Below are positions 1 through 14,881 of a DNA stretch of 64,000 nucleotides, piece by piece (the stretch's first letter is position 1; every line of letters starts with the position of its first letter). The stretch comes from Hormiphora californensis. Taxonomy: Eukaryota > Animalia > Ctenophora. The stretch spans positions 6,944,001-7,008,000 of the forward strand of contig CM035360.1 in NCBI GenBank assembly GCA_020137815.1, in the 5' to 3' direction. Position numbers and translations under genes: made by a program. The notes under the pieces are model-generated. The model was given only the letters and a program-made list of their open reading frames with translations. It made no database searches and was not told where the DNA came from.

Positions 1-639
1 TGGTATACTTTGGTACCTTCCACATATTTTTTTGGAATTTTCCATATGCCAAAGTATACCAAAGTATACCAAAGTATACCATGGGAACCCCCCCGCTCGA
101 TCCCTCCATCATGACTCCCGAAGCAGTTAGATCCCAATTAGTTGGGACGTTTCAGAATGGGTGTTGGGTGACAGGGACCTACACAGAACAGAGAGAGAGG
201 GAGGGAGAGGGGGTCAGGGAAAGAGAGAGAGTCATTGAGTATTCTATTCTGGACTGTGTCGAACGATGCTGGCTGTAAAAACTCCCGCCTAGGAAGGGAA
301 AGCTGAGAATGTAAACACTAACCGGTGGTATAACACTGAATCTCAAAGAAGTGAAACGAAGCTGATTATTGGATAGGTTTATTGGATGGTAGGTACTAGG
401 TTTGCCTTGCATCATCACCATATCAACAGAATTCTGGAATGAGTCCGTATCTGGGTCATTTGTGTCCGATGAACGGCAGTATAGCAGATTCATATCTCTC
501 TGATATCTCACTACATGATCATGTACTGTCTCAACTCTCTGTCTCTCCCTTTTGATTCTCCTAACTTGGCGGTGTTTAACGATTCTGGATTCCGATCATG
601 TGTGTATATCGACCGAAGACAAGCTAATTGGGCATTGAT

Positions 640-702
<63 letters not shown>

Positions 703-2365
703 AGAGAGAGAGAGAGAGAGAGATTGTGAGAGAGAGATAGATAGACGGGAAAGCTGTTAACCCTCCAGCTAGCTACTAAAGATCAGAGATGGCAGTGAGA
801 ACTGTCAATCTAGCCTCTGATCTCGACTCTCTGCTCTCATAGTAGATATATGATAGCTGCAGCTCTGCGCTCGCTATCTGAGTATCTCTCTCTCTATCTC
901 TCTAGCTCTTCTCTCGGATCTGCTCTAAGCTATATTTATGAGCTGAAGCTCTCTCTCTCTCTCCTCTCTCTCTCCTCTCTCTCTCTCTCTCTTTCTCTCT
1001 CTCCCATTCTAGTTAACAGGGTGCTAAAGACGCAGATTCCCCATCAATAGAGCTTGGTAGATATGATCTCGTGAGAAGTTAGGTTCAACAGTCCTCTTTC
1101 TGAATAGATCCGCATTTTCATCATACTAGGAGCCTAGGCCAGCATCGCAAGTCCACAATTATAGATCAATGAACTATCATCTAACCGTTCTACTTCCCAG
1201 AATGATCATCGCCCTACTGTTCTGAACAGTTCACAGCGACATACACTCTCATTATATCGGCTGGTGGATCAGAGAAAGAGAGAGAGGGGACAGCGTGCGT
1301 GGTAGTTAGAAACACTAGATCATGATCATGTGGGTCCTCTAGGAAGCAGTGTCGGCACTCAACTATGAACATTCAACAGCAATGAACAACCACAAATCAC
1401 ATACAAAACAACCTGTCGAGACACCGAGATAGCTGATCAGACACTACACTGAGAGCTGAGACAGAAGTTCAGATAGCTGTCAAATAGCGGGCACAACAAC
1501 ATCAGGCAGGGTAGGAGCAGTACAGCTCTCAAGGAACACACCACAACAACAAGGAGCTACGAAATCTGTGTATGCTATGGATGGGAAATGAAAACTTAGT
1601 CTTGGTCACAGTAACTTTATATATATGAGCTATTCGGACCTTCCCTCCCTTAGTAGTTAGTGATGTTAGTTAGTCATGTTAGTATTTCTTTTACCAGGGA
1701 GAGAGCTATGTGTGTGGCTAACTGGGAATAGGGAGGGGCAATTACAGACGAGTCAATAACTAAAGTTAGAGGTCCTGCGGGAGATGGGGGAGAGAGAGAG
1801 TGAGGAGTTAGAGAGTGAGAGAGAGTAGTTACAAGGTTGCAGGCCCCGACCCTGAGTAGACTAACGGTGGTTACAATATAGCCACCGACTAACTGCAAGC
1901 CCCCACCGCAGGAAGACTTCGCGAGATTTAGTGGGGGAGAGAGTTAGAGTGACTATTTGAGAGAGGGAGAGTTAGTGCGACTATTTGAGAGAGAGAGGGA
2001 GCATAGAAAACTAAATGAAGTATCTAGACAAACCAAAAGATGAACGCATGTCGGGCTGGCTGGATGCCAAACCTGATACCCTAGCGTGAGAACCATATTG
2101 GATCGAACATGTAGGAAGGTAGTCGTCAGGGTAAAAGATAGCATAGATTTTACTGTGTAAAAAGTGGGGTCCTTATCGTGAAATAGAAGAGGTGCTCAAA
2201 TCTCTTATCACCTGTTTGCGCACTCTCTTTCCCCGGCTACTCACTTCACTATTTCTTATCAGTTATTGCACACCCCACCGCACTTGTTCTCTCACCCCTC
2301 ACTATCAGTTCTTCCCTCACTATCAGTTCTTCGTTTTCATTTCACAGTTAGTCTTTGTTCTCACC

Positions 2366-2969
2366 ATGCCCAAGACACGAAAACCTCGAGGATCACAAGC
2401 GACCCAATTTGTCAAGTTTTGTGCTCCATTTCTTAAAAAGTTTGAAGGGGACCCGGTCAAAGAGCTTGCCCAGGGTTAGTGTTGTTGTCAATTGTCAGCG
2501 TTGTCATGTTAGTTGTCATGACAACAACTGTAGTTTGTCGTGACAAAGTTCTCTGTTGGTTACACTGTACTGTATTTAATTTTCCAAACCCCCAGAGACA
2601 CTCTCCATCTCTCCATCACTTTCTCTCCCTATACTATCTCTGTCTCGTTACTCTCTCCGCCATATACTCAACATTACAATTTCTTCAGCTTCAGTACCAC
2701 TAATTCGTCATACCGACATTTCTATTATTGAAACCTTAGGAGCTTGTTGAGTATACATAATATCAGTGCATAACGAGTGCTTTACAGTTCATTCGTTAAA
2801 AAGAGAGAAGAAAAGGTAGAAAAATAGAAAAGATAGAAAGATAGAAAGATAGATATTCCCAGTAGTCGTAGTTTCACATGGGGATCGCCCAATTAGGAGG
2901 AGGAACCAGGGAAATATTAGCCATTCCGTAGGGCTGTGGCTATATACTTGCTACAATTCTGCGCTCCAC

Positions 2970-3044
<75 letters not shown>

Positions 3045-6000
3045 CTCTCTCTCTCTCTCACTCCCCCTCTCTCTCTCGCTCTCTCTTTCTCTCACTCCCC
3101 CTCTCTCTCTCTCGCTCTCTCTCTTTCTCATACCCGATCCCTAGGAATCTTGCGACACCATCGCACGATTTTGATCAGGGTGGGGGAGCGAAGAATTAAC
3201 GGTTTAATTTACCATGGCTCATTGGAAATTGACACGCGTCTTAACAAGTTAATACATAAATTAGAGCTCCTCAAAGTGGATACATTTGACTGTAATTCGG
3301 TGCAGATTTAGTGAAAAATCATCCCCGCAATATTCATCTTGTCCGTAAATGTAATCTGTTTTTGGCGCCAAAGCCGTGTGAAAATGTTGTGTGGTGATTA
3401 TCCAAACTAAACTGTCCAATAACCCGACCCTAAATCCCCTCTCCCCCACAGCGAAAGTCCGCCAAAAGGAGATGGAGTTGAACCGGAACAACGAGATGCA
3501 CAAGCAGTTCCAATGCCGAGAGTGGCAGCTCCGGGCGGTCTGTGAAAACATCCATCCTCCCTGTTTCCGGACCCTTGTGGTGGGTGGTGCTCATACCATG
3601 TTCGACCTGTCCGGCACACTCGCTGAGGCATTCGGGTGGTCCATCGCTCAGTATAACTACCGCAGCGGACAGGTTAGTCCGGTCATTCGGCTGCAATCTT
3701 CCTATCTCTCTATCTCTCTATCCTTCTCTCTATCTTTCTCTCTATCTTTCTCTCTTACTTTCTCTCTTACTTTCTCTACCTCTCTCTCTGATCTATCTCG
3801 CTTTCTTTCTCCGAACTCTAAACGGCTAACCTCTACTCACAAGCCAATATATATAGCGTCTCTTTTCTCTCAGGCTCTATCCCTAATCACTCAATTATCC
3901 CCCTACCATCCCAATTTATTACTCAGTCGGAGGATATGAATCCACACACACACAGCTTCTCAACCACCCCTAACCCTCAACCATTGCCATCCCCTACAAT
4001 TTCCCCTAATCCCCACTACTCCTCTGGGCCCTAACCACCTCCTAACCACTAACCCACCTCCCCACTCCCAGGGCACGATAATACCAGGTTCATACTTCGT
4101 AACATCAGACGGTTTAACAGTGGGTGGAGCCCGACACAAACCTTGCCTTCTAGAACGAAAAGTCAAGGTATATCTACCATTATAACATGGGGGAGGCATG
4201 TTAGTTGCCAAGAATTTCCGCTCTCTGTTACAATATATACCGGGCGGCATCTCGCAATTTGTTTTCTCTCCGTGACGTGTTGTTCAGAGCATACCGGCGC
4301 TGTTTTCTAACGCACACCAACCTACAGGTGGTACACCTCTTCCCGACCACGTCAGACTGGGCCTGCTGGAAACTTGGCGACTGGTCTTTCATGATACAAG
4401 TTGATGGTAAGAAAACACATGAAATGTTGCTCCTTTATAAAATATTCTACTACTCCTTCATAAAATATTATACTACTCCTTCATAAAATAACCTTTCATC
4501 ACCAACATCCTTCTCCAGGAATCACAAAGTACAAGCACGGTAAACTGCCCATGCCGCGATGTGTAGACGGTGATCGCTCCCTGTTACCCCTCACTACCTG
4601 TCCGACACCCCAAGCGCTCAAGGAAGTCTTAAAGCTCCTCTCAGATCCCACGGTAAGAAAGTCAGGGAGAGAGTCAGGGAGAGAGTGATCATTCGAGTGT
4701 AGGGGGGAGGGGGAGTCCTAAAATATTCACATTTTCACTTTGGCCGACCCTAACACCTTACTAGGGAGGGCTCGCTAGCTCAGATTACTTTCAAGGGCAT
4801 AAACCGAGTATAATATATATTAGCTGGGGTCTATTATATACGAACTATAATAGAAGGGCTAGGATGGGTGACAAATGAACATCGTGCAAGCGGAGAGGGA
4901 AATTCCGATAGTCGTTCCTAGTAGACTGACTGGCTCCCTAAATCCCTCCATTCTAAATAATAAATCTTGTCTTCACTCCTTTTTTCCGTACTAAATAATG
5001 AATCGTGTCTTTCTTTTTGTGTTAGAATTTAGAAACTGCTCGACAACTTGTGAAAGTACCAAAATACACAAAAGTTCCGTATCGAGTTTGCCGCTAGATG
5101 TTTGACTCTTTCGACACTTACCGCCTGTCAACACGCAATCACCAAACATTGTTTCTTTTTCAACTCTCAAAAAACCAGTCCACTTGTGATAGACTGGCGA
5201 TAAAATGACCATGTTTGATGATAATCGATGGCATTAAAAGATTACCACTGCCCATTACTATTCGTTATAAAAAAATTAGTGGGCCAATCTTGTAATTTTT
5301 CCCGCCATTATCATTATAATAGAGACAAAGTGTGTCTTTATCTCGCATCCTACGTGGCTATAGAGGAACATCTGTTTAGCCAGAGGGGTCGAGGAGAGGT
5401 GGCACACTCTCTCTCTGTGTCACAGGAATTACAAGGTATATCATCTGTAGTAAGTCTTGTCTGGTGACCTCTAACCATCCCACCACTATCTAGGGGCCCC
5501 CTGCTGCATCTGGTCCCCGGGGATCCAATGTATGGGGTACCTCTGTGTCACGTGATCACATCACCAGGTCACGTGACATGCGCGTATCCCGGGGCAACCA
5601 ATCAAACTCCACGAACTCTTTTCTCCATTTGATTAGCAGGTTAGGCAGCACATGATCAAATGTGATCAGGACCCGGTCCCGGGGAGCACTCGATCAGCCG
5701 TCCTGTTTCAAGGCTAGGGGGGGATCATCCAGCCGTGCTACTATGTCCTGATAGCAGGCTAGGGGGATCATCCAGCCGTGCAGCACATGATAGTAGGGGT
5801 GGGAACTACTACTTCCACTTCGAAGAAAGTAAATGAAGGCTCCCGGCTCGTGATTCCCAGGCTTAGCTTTAGGATAAACATTGTGATGTCCTGTAGCTTG
5901 TAATAGCCTGATTCTAGATCCAGCTTTCATCATTATATTTCAAAAACCGGGGGTGCAAATAAGTGAATAGTTGTTGTGGTATGGAAAATAAGTGAATAGT

Positions 6001-6179
6001 TGTTGTGGTATGGAATTTGGGGGAAACTATAATTATTCATTTTCTCAAGGTGGAGGGAGGCTTCTCCCTTTTCACAGTACTTTAGCACCTGATTAACATC
6101 AATGCGGAAGAGAGAGGATAGGGCGTGTGACACACATCCCTTTTTGAATATATTTGGGCGCTCTTCATCTCTTTCTCCT

Positions 6180-6253
<74 letters not shown>

Positions 6254-8286
6254 CCTCTATCTCTCTCTCTCTCTCTCTCTTTTTCTCACTGTGACAGAAA
6301 GGCACGCGAGTCCATGAGCTAGTTAATTGGGTGTGTGAGAGAGACCTGACTGCACTTCCCCATCCTGAGCTAGAGAGCTAATCCCACTTTATTAACTGGT
6401 TCCTACCCAAAAGGGTGAAAGAGATGCTGCTGGACAAGTGAAAAGAGAGAGAGAGAGAAAAAAAGAGAGAGATAGAAGACATGTGATAGATGCTGATCAA
6501 CACATCCTGACTGATGCAGCCCATTCCACAGTGTCAGACCAACATGTCACGTGTTGTAGTACTGCAGCAGGAAGAGATGCAGCACAGTGGTCCACACCCT
6601 GAACAGAACAGCACCATGAGCTCGTAAAGCCGAGATCAACAGAGTGCTGGTTTTTGCAAATCGGGAGATTAATCTTGAAAGATCCAGAATTTAGATTATG
6701 GTTACTATTTATGAGCCTATGATCCCCGCTTATCCCTGGCTCTATATTTGATATTTTGGTAAACACCTATCCTGCCAAACTGATATTAAATTCTCTAAAC
6801 GTCCAATTAAAATTATCATTTCTAATGTCACACGATACCTCGTCCCGTGATGGGGGACTGACAGTGTCTTTGCTGCGACGGGCAGTCGATGTTTGATGGG
6901 CCTCATTAAATGAACAGTCAAAAACCAGGAAACGCGTACACATATTGTAGGTCATGAATCATGATGAGCTGGTGGTGGCCATCTTCTTTTTCTATCTTTC
7001 TCTATCTTTTCTATCTTTCTCTATCTTCTCTCTCTATCTTTTTTCGATCTTCATCACGAAGAGGGATATATCATCATTGTATCAAGAGGTGATGATCACT
7101 AGTTAAATAATCCAATTGTCAATCATGTACGCGGTATTAGGTATACGCGTCTACGTGAAATCATTCGTTTACCGTCACGATCAATATACGAATGTGGTCT
7201 AAAATTCATACTTGAACTACTTGTAGGCCGAGTATGAAGTTTTATAAGCTAACCATGTCATATCAACGTGATAAATGAAAGACCAAGGCTTGTGAAGATC
7301 ACATACCCGGTACAAGCTGATTGCCTACGTCAGAACGAATTAAATACTAAAATAGAGAGGGTGATAGGTACCGTAATATACCCAAATATTCAATAACTTG
7401 CATTTGACGCATTCCAATTTGATGAATTCTTGATTTGGTAACTATAGTTACCAGCAATCAGCTTTACGTCGGAACTTTTGTCTGCTATTAATCCAAGTTG
7501 AGACAGAATCTGAAAACCACATACTGCGTGCCACTTCCAGGTCATATTCGTGACGTCAATCGAGCCCTATTTTACATCAGAATTAGTAATTTAGGGCTTC
7601 ACTTGAAAACTATCGTACTTGAGTTGTAGTAATCACGTCTAGACCTCCATCACCGGTATACTAAGCTGCTAACAGATCACACTATTACAGGACACCCTGT
7701 TTTCTCTTCTCTAAGCTGTCAGGATTTTCTAGCTTCCCGTTTTCTATCTTATCTAGTGTCTCCATCTCTCTCTCTCTCTTTTATCCTCTATCTAATGTCT
7801 CCATCTCTCTCTCTCTCTTTAGCACTCCATCATGTCTGCAACATTCTCCCTGGGCTTCATCTGTGTCTGCACGTGTATTACTATTTAGTATTTGTACAGT
7901 GTGTCTAATTCCCGTTAATCCGACTTACTGGTAATAAGACCAGACGACCGATGACAGTTGACGCCACCCCCAGACAGAGAGGAGGGGTTGATACTTTGTT
8001 ACAACGACTCCATATTAACAGCTTCTTACAGACAAACTGTCGTGCCTCTTTCTATCTCTTTAAATTTGCAGTCTTGGTTCTCGAATTCTCCTTCTCATTT
8101 TTATCATCCCCCAATAACTGTCTCTCATATCCCTGGTTTAATAATTTAATCCTCGGTTTCTCACTCATTCTGCCTTGGCAAGAATCCTGCAGCAGCTGTG
8201 TAGCAGTTGTATACTGGTGATGGGGGGATTCCTACTTTGTTCAGCACACATTTAGTGTGTTTAAACTAACTTCCATGACTCATTTA

Positions 8287-8324
<38 letters not shown>

Positions 8325-9254
8325 ACCCCACCACAGACAGGTACCCAGTTCGCTTGCACGTGAATGACCTGCATCATTGACACGTGTTATACCAGGGTGT
8401 AAAAGCTGTTGACACACTCCAATGTTATGGAAATATTGTAACTGGGGCCAGGGGGGGGGGGGTGGGGCATGGGGTTTAGGTTTTCACATTCAATCGAGAT
8501 TTAGTCAGATAAACCCAAATCCAGTGACCCACGACCCCTTCTAAGCTGCAGCAGTACCCAATCGTGCGTGATAGCTTGGACTATTACCCATTAGTAGCCA
8601 ACCTAAGCCCCCTCTTCTACCCCGACTAAACCCCCTCTTCTCACCCAACAAACTCTTCTATTCCTATTTTCCCACAACTAACCCCAGCTCCCTCTTTCAG
8701 CACGCTCGACATCACGAAATGTTAGAGCACACAACATTACCGGACGGGGTGATCTACAACCCAGACTACTTTGACCTGAATGCCCTCAACACGACATTCA
8801 AGGGAGATCGTCAGGTGAGAAAACAAGGGGAGATCTGGAAAATATAGAGTTGGGAGTTTTGGGATGATAGATATGATATCGGGAATTTTAGATATTGAAA
8901 CTTTGCCCTCTTTTTTGTAATTGCCCAATACTCGGTGGAGCTCAGTTCGGTCTTGAATGCACCGTGTGTAGAGAATCTTCTCTCTATCTTTCTCTCCCTC
9001 TCTCTTTATTTCCTTCTCTTTTTCTCTCCTCATGAGGGAAGGATAGAGAGAAAGAAGGGATAGAGTCCAAGATAATTGGAATCACGTGACAAAGTGACTT
9101 AAGATAAACCCGGGCTTAGCATTGGCAAGAGAGAGAGATGGTAGGATGATTACTTGATTACGCTTTGTGCTCGAGCTTGTTGTCAGGGAAAGAGGGGGAG
9201 AGAGATATAACCTCGTGACCTTTCTCTCTCTTTCTTTCTCTCTCTTTCTTTCTC

Positions 9255-9293
<39 letters not shown>

Positions 9294-10481
9294 CCTCTCC
9301 GCTTCTCTCTCTCTCGCTCATCTCTTCTCATCTCTCCTCTCTCTCGTCTCTCTCTCTCTCGGATCCTCTCCTCGCTCCTCTCTTCCATGCCTCTCAGGTC
9401 TCAGGATCTCTCTCTCTCTCTCGTCTTCTCTCCTTCCATCTCTCACGTCTCTCTCCTCTCTCCTCTCTCTCCGGTCTCTCCGTCGAGCTCGTACTCGTCT
9501 CGTCTCTCATCTCTTCTCTCGATCCTCTTCTTCTGATCCTCCGCGGCCAAATCTCTACTCACGTTTGTTGGGATATAATAGAAAGCTATTTCGGCTCATT
9601 TGGGAGGCCCTGAAACGCGGTGTGCCCACACTGTGTAATGGCTAATCATAGCTTGTACTACACATCAGCCCTGAAAACATGTAATTGTGTACACAAGCAA
9701 AATGGGGGTCCTCATTCCGATGGTATTATAGCAGGCAGCTGGAAGAATTTGTAGTCGTGTAATAACAGGACTGTAGTTCAAACTCTTATCTGTTCCTTTT
9801 TAGGGCAGTAGGGAGCGGATTTTAGGACATATATGACCAGTTTTTATTGTCATGTCAATATGATCAGGTGTCAAATACTCTCATTACCAATGTGCTCCTT
9901 GCATGTGTTATCAATTGCCACTAAGAATACTGTCAACTACTTAGGTCATCTCTTTTTCTGGACTTTCTCTTTCTTTCTGGTTATCTCTGGGTCTCTCCCT
10001 CTCTCTTGGACCTGTCGTTATCTCTCCATCCCTCTGAGTGGTCGTTTTCCCATGTCATTTGTTGCAATTTAAAGAGGGATGGTATTATCATTCTCTCCCT
10101 ATAATTGCCCCTGTCATGGTCCCTATCTTGGGGTGTGGTAGTTGTCGTGATCTTGGAGCAAATAGCTGCTGACAGCTCCTCCTGTGGTCCAAGGTCCCAA
10201 GGAGGGGGGGGGGGAGATAGGACTAAGGACGGGGAGAGTGGTAAATGTTGCATTATGTTGGAAAGTAGAACTGCAACTTACTTAAGCTTAAAACTAACCA
10301 CCCTCTCTTCATTTTAATAATTAAACTAACCATTATCTCCATTTTACAGTTACAACTGTGGGTGAGCGCCAACACAAGCAAGGAACAGTACAACAACCTA
10401 GTTTGCGATTGTTTGCGGAGGCCCTTCTTCATAGACGGCAAGTGCACGTGTGAACGGTATTGTCGCTGTCAAAGGGTGTGA
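2366..10481 (+). CDS. 7-exon gene, ~294 aa, pRiA4b ORF-3-like (MM3350-like, PF07929-type) protein with Cys-rich C-terminal tail
   Basis: Hand-spliced exons 2366-2474, 3452-3672, 4072-4167, 4328-4406, 4519-4652, 8701-8814, 10350-10481. All introns are GT-AG and phase-compatible; total 885 nt. Motifs WQLRAVCENIHPPCFRTLVV, LAEAFGW, LGDWSFMIQV, PRCVDGDR, LSDPTHARHHEMLE and YNPDYFDL occur in the same order as the remembered family consensus (YQLKxxLxxxxPPIWRRxxV, IQxAxGW, FGDxW, PxCxxGxR, DPxHPEHEEM, FDPExFDL). The last exon is the least certain. Confidence 0.72.
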
Positions 10482-12276
10482 GAGCTATACCTCAACTATA
10501 ACACAGACACTCAATTGTCTTTTGTAAATAATTTGGTTCAAGAAGAAGAAGAGAGTTCTAGAATTAAGATGCTTGCCAGCGCGGGTATTATATCATTCAA
10601 AGACTGTGACAAGTTGTTTTGAGATGTTTATTGAGAGTAGGTTTTAAATGAGTCTCTATTTGGTCAGTGATCTGCTGGGAGATTTTGTTGCTGCTATAAA
10701 TTGAGATTCGGAGAATTTATATGGTCCAATCTCGTTTTGAGGAAAAGAGATGGAAAGAGAGAAGCTGAGCCGGGAAAGATATTAGATTTAGATTCTTGAA
10801 GCAAGCCGGTATTTTATTAATGAATTTTGTTGCTTATAACTATACTGTATTTGCTAATTTCGTTATATATTTGAGAGTTATAGAAGGACGGAGAGTGCGA
10901 GAGAAATATAGAAAGAGAACAATGAGGTAGACCAAATTCCTGAAAATCAAAGTTTTCCAAAAACCGTTTGAGAAGTTTTTTTTACACCATGTGTTGGAGC
11001 CGATCGCTACACACTCATGGAACGAAACAAAGCTCTCTTTTTTACGGATTGAACCAGCCGACAAGAGGGATTTCCGGGACGTTCCCGTTCGGCTCTCAGC
11101 AACCACAACATCGAGGAGTCAACCATAATCTCATCCATTGCCCCCCATAATGCGACGTTTCGCTCTTACCAAGAGATACCGGAAAAGATTGTCGCGTATC
11201 AGACAATCCGCTTTATGCATAATTAGTCGAAACTTGTCAGCAAATACCGGTTAGAGCCCCAGGAGTAAGTTCTCTCCAAATTTTATACCATATTACAACC
11301 AGAGTTACTGCCCCTATATCGGCGCTAGGGAATAATAAGGATGCATCATGATATTCGGGGCTACAGGCCTCACAGCCTGCCTGCTCTATAATAATAGACC
11401 GCCATTCACTGTGTAAGATGTGTCAATTCTCTGTAGCCGTAGATAACCCTAGTGCTAACTCACGTCCAACCCAAGAAATACGGAATACGACCATGATGAG
11501 AATCAAGGATTTGTATCACGGTAAGCACTTCTAAGACACGGACCCTATGAGAGTTGACTCCAGGGAGGATCGTTTTGCCGTGCGGCTAGACACACGTGAT
11601 ATGTAGAAAAGAGTAGCCAATGATTGATGTGGCTCGCTTGTGTCGAAAAAATGGGTCAAACGTAACACTATGGAACTGGAGGAGAAAGAAAACTTCCGAT
11701 AAATAGCAAGAGAGAGAGATCTGTGGTGAGAGAGGGAGGAGGGATAGATAGATGATAGAAATGGAGAAGTGATTAAAGTTAGAGAGGATAGAATGAGAAG
11801 TAAGAAGATTGTCAGTAAAGACGGGTAAGGGGAGAGAAAAGCGAGGTGAGAGAGAGGAATGAGATTAGACAGACAGGTCAAGGGTAGAGAGAAGATGTTG
11901 TAACAAGAGTACAGCTACTGAGTATTACTAAAAGTGTAACACCCGGATCATCTAACAGGGGTGCTGCTGCTGCAGTTCTGCAGTCTCTTTCTAGTTAGTA
12001 AACCATAGTGGGGTGATCTCTAGGGAGTTGAAGAGAGAGGAATACCCAGTTACTGGAAGAGAGAAACTAGGAGTAACTGGAAGATACAGAGATGGGGAAG
12101 AACAAGTGGAGGGATTTGTCTATTTTACAGCTAGATTCTGGAAATAATACAACGAAAGATGCAAGAACCAAGAACAACACATCTTGAACAATGTCTGCTT
12201 CAGGGAAGCGTGAAACAGAAATCGTATTCTACTACTAACAATCTATGTCTCGGTAAACAGATTGGCCTCCTCCTCA

Positions 12277-12332
<56 letters not shown>

Positions 12333-13368
12333 ACATTAAAAGTGAGAATTACTCGCTGTAACTTTTGGACTGTAAATCTAGCGCTCAACGGTCCTCTCTC
12401 TCCTTCCTTATCCACCTTCCCTCCCTCCACCCACTCTCTCTCTCCTACTTTATCCTCCTTCCTCTCCCTCCACCCTCTCTCTCTTCTTCTTGGCAGGAGT
12501 TACCATTCCGATCGGATCGTAACTTTTTCCTAATTTGTATGCGGCCAGATCAGCACCTATTCATTTATCCCCTCATGTTGATGTTGTTGCCTACTGTACT
12601 GTCTCACCTGCTCGCTGTATGATACTATTGCAATCCTGCAGCTTCCACAGGTATGTACCTATATTTTATTATAGCCCTGATTCTTGCCACCTCTCCAGAC
12701 CTAGGCAACGCGTTCTCCAGACCCTAGCAATCCTCCCACATTGACTCTTATCTCTCCATCCCATGTCTCTTTCCCCCCTCAAGCTGGGGAACTGTTCTCC
12801 CCCCCCCCATTTCAATAGGATGCTTGGAAGAGGCTTGGAAGTGTCTAGTACTGGACCCAGCAGACACCTCACACTAGGTAGGAGAAGTTCTCTCGTGATT
12901 GGTGCAGTGTGACTCTATCTTTCCATGTGTGCTGAAAAGAAGAGTGAAGAGAGAAGAGAGGAGAGAGAGAGAGAGAAAAGTAGAAAGAGAGAGCCGAGAG
13001 AGACGAGAGCGGATAGCCATACAGAGAGAGACGGGAGAGAGAGAAGAGAGAGAGAGATAAGAGAGAGAACGATGAGAGAGTGGGGAGAGAGATGAGAGAG
13101 ATAGAGAGACTGAGAGAGTGAGAGAGATGAGAGAGAAGAGAGAGAGAGTGAGAGCACCGAGAACTGACGAGAGAGAGAGAGAGAAGAGAGAGAGAGAGGA
13201 GATCGAGAGAGAGGGATGAGAGCGCACGAGAGAGAAGAGAAGAGAGAGGACAGGACAGACTCGGAGAGAGAGAGGAAAGAGTAGAGAGACAGGCAAAGAC
13301 GAGAGAGTGAGAGATGACCGAGAGAGACGAGGAGAAGAGAGACGATACAGAGAAGAGGAGAGAGAGAT

Positions 13369-13416
<48 letters not shown>

Positions 13417-14333
13417 AGAGATAGAGAAGAATTGGTCAAGACAGGATCTCCTATCCAATTTCCCCTATTCTCTCCCGAATCCACACATCAGGTTGCATAT
13501 TATATTCTCTCTTATCACTCCATCAATTGACCCCCCTGGGCTTATCGGTCAGATGAGGCATAGTGCCAGACTGGAAAGCCCGTGTCTAGGACCCAATACC
13601 CACAATGCATACTGAATCTCTTTGATGCTCTCTCCTTTTTCTATTCCTCCCTCCTTCTCTCTCCTTCTTTTTACATGTTTCTCTCAGAATTTTCCAGTCC
13701 CAAAGAAGAGTGATACGGACGATCGAAGATGGATATAACTCTCCAAAAATTGACAAATATGGAGAACACACAAGAAAACTCCGACAAATATCTTACCTTC
13801 TTTTCCACAATGCAATGCTGCAAAGAATCGGAATTATCACTTCTCCTTCTAGCATTGATCCGCAGTGCGACATACAAAGAGCTACAGAGGGGAAATTTAT
13901 GTGTTTTCGGTTTGTAATGTTTTAGGTAACTCAAAAATTGGTAATGGGAGAGGGATCAAAATGTTTTTCAAGGGGTCGGGGAGATAAACCCGATAGTGTT
14001 ACCCAAGAGGCAGCCAAACCAAAAAGACGGTTTTTTTTTATTTTTAATGTTTTTTTTTTCTAAATAGCTTTTGGAAATGAATTAAGTGTTTGACAGAGTA
14101 CATCTGATACTGTGCAAATAATATACTCTCGAACTCAATTATTACTCTCTCTCACGCTACTCATGTCTTAAAATCTCTTAAATAACAATATGCGTATATT
14201 TCCCTCTCGTTCTCAAACTACAAAGCAAAAAAACAAATTAGACTTGCACGCTTATCAAATCTAATATATCAACACACTATAAATAAACTAATTCTATGGG
14301 ATAGAATGTAATAAAACTTTGTTAGAAAAAAAA

Positions 14334-14560
14334 NNNNNNNNNNNNNNNNNNNNNNNNNNNNNNNNNNNNNNNNNNNNNNNNNNNNNNNNNNNNNNNNNNN
14401 NNNNNNNNNNNNNNNNNNNNNNNNNNNNNNNNNAAAAACCAAAAACCCCCCCCCCCCCCCCCCCCCAAAAGGGGAAAAGGGGGGGAAAAAAAAAAATTTG
14501 ATTTTTAATTTTTTTTTGATTTTAAAATTTTTTTTAAAAACCCCGGGTTTTAAAATAGGT
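14334..14560. other. 100-N assembly gap followed by low-quality homopolymer-run sequence
   Basis: N run at 14334-14433, then inflated A/C/G/T homopolymers typical of a poor read end. Confidence 0.95.
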
Positions 14561-14798
14561 CGGTGTTGGTGGAGTGTTTAATTGGCCGGCATCTATCACT
14601 TGTGGTCTCGCTCATCTCTTCATCTTCTCACTAAAAGATTAAAACGCCAGTTTACACGGGAATTGCATGCAACTATAATAGTACTGCAGCTAGTAGGGGA
14701 GGGGAAGGAAAGAAGGGTTCTCTCTATACGTCTGAGACGAAGAGGCATGATCAGTAAGAGCAGTATCTGAGTAGCAGAGAGAACGACCTCTCACTCTC

Positions 14799-14881
<83 letters not shown>

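Noticed and set aside
5026-5097. Candidate terminal exon (NLETARQ...CR*) for the pRiA4b-like gene
   Set aside because: Exon 8701-8814 continues the family motifs (HARHHEMLE, YNPDYFDL) in the same phase and is far better supported.
12874-13484. Ser/Leu- or Arg/Glu-rich ORFs here and at 9158-9613, 35878-36168 and elsewhere
   Set aside because: Translations of (CT/AG)n microsatellites. The degenerate tracts look like noisy consensus.
14434-14560. G/C and A/T homopolymer blocks resembling a G-quadruplex or structured element
   Set aside because: Adjacent to the N gap and typical of a degraded read end.
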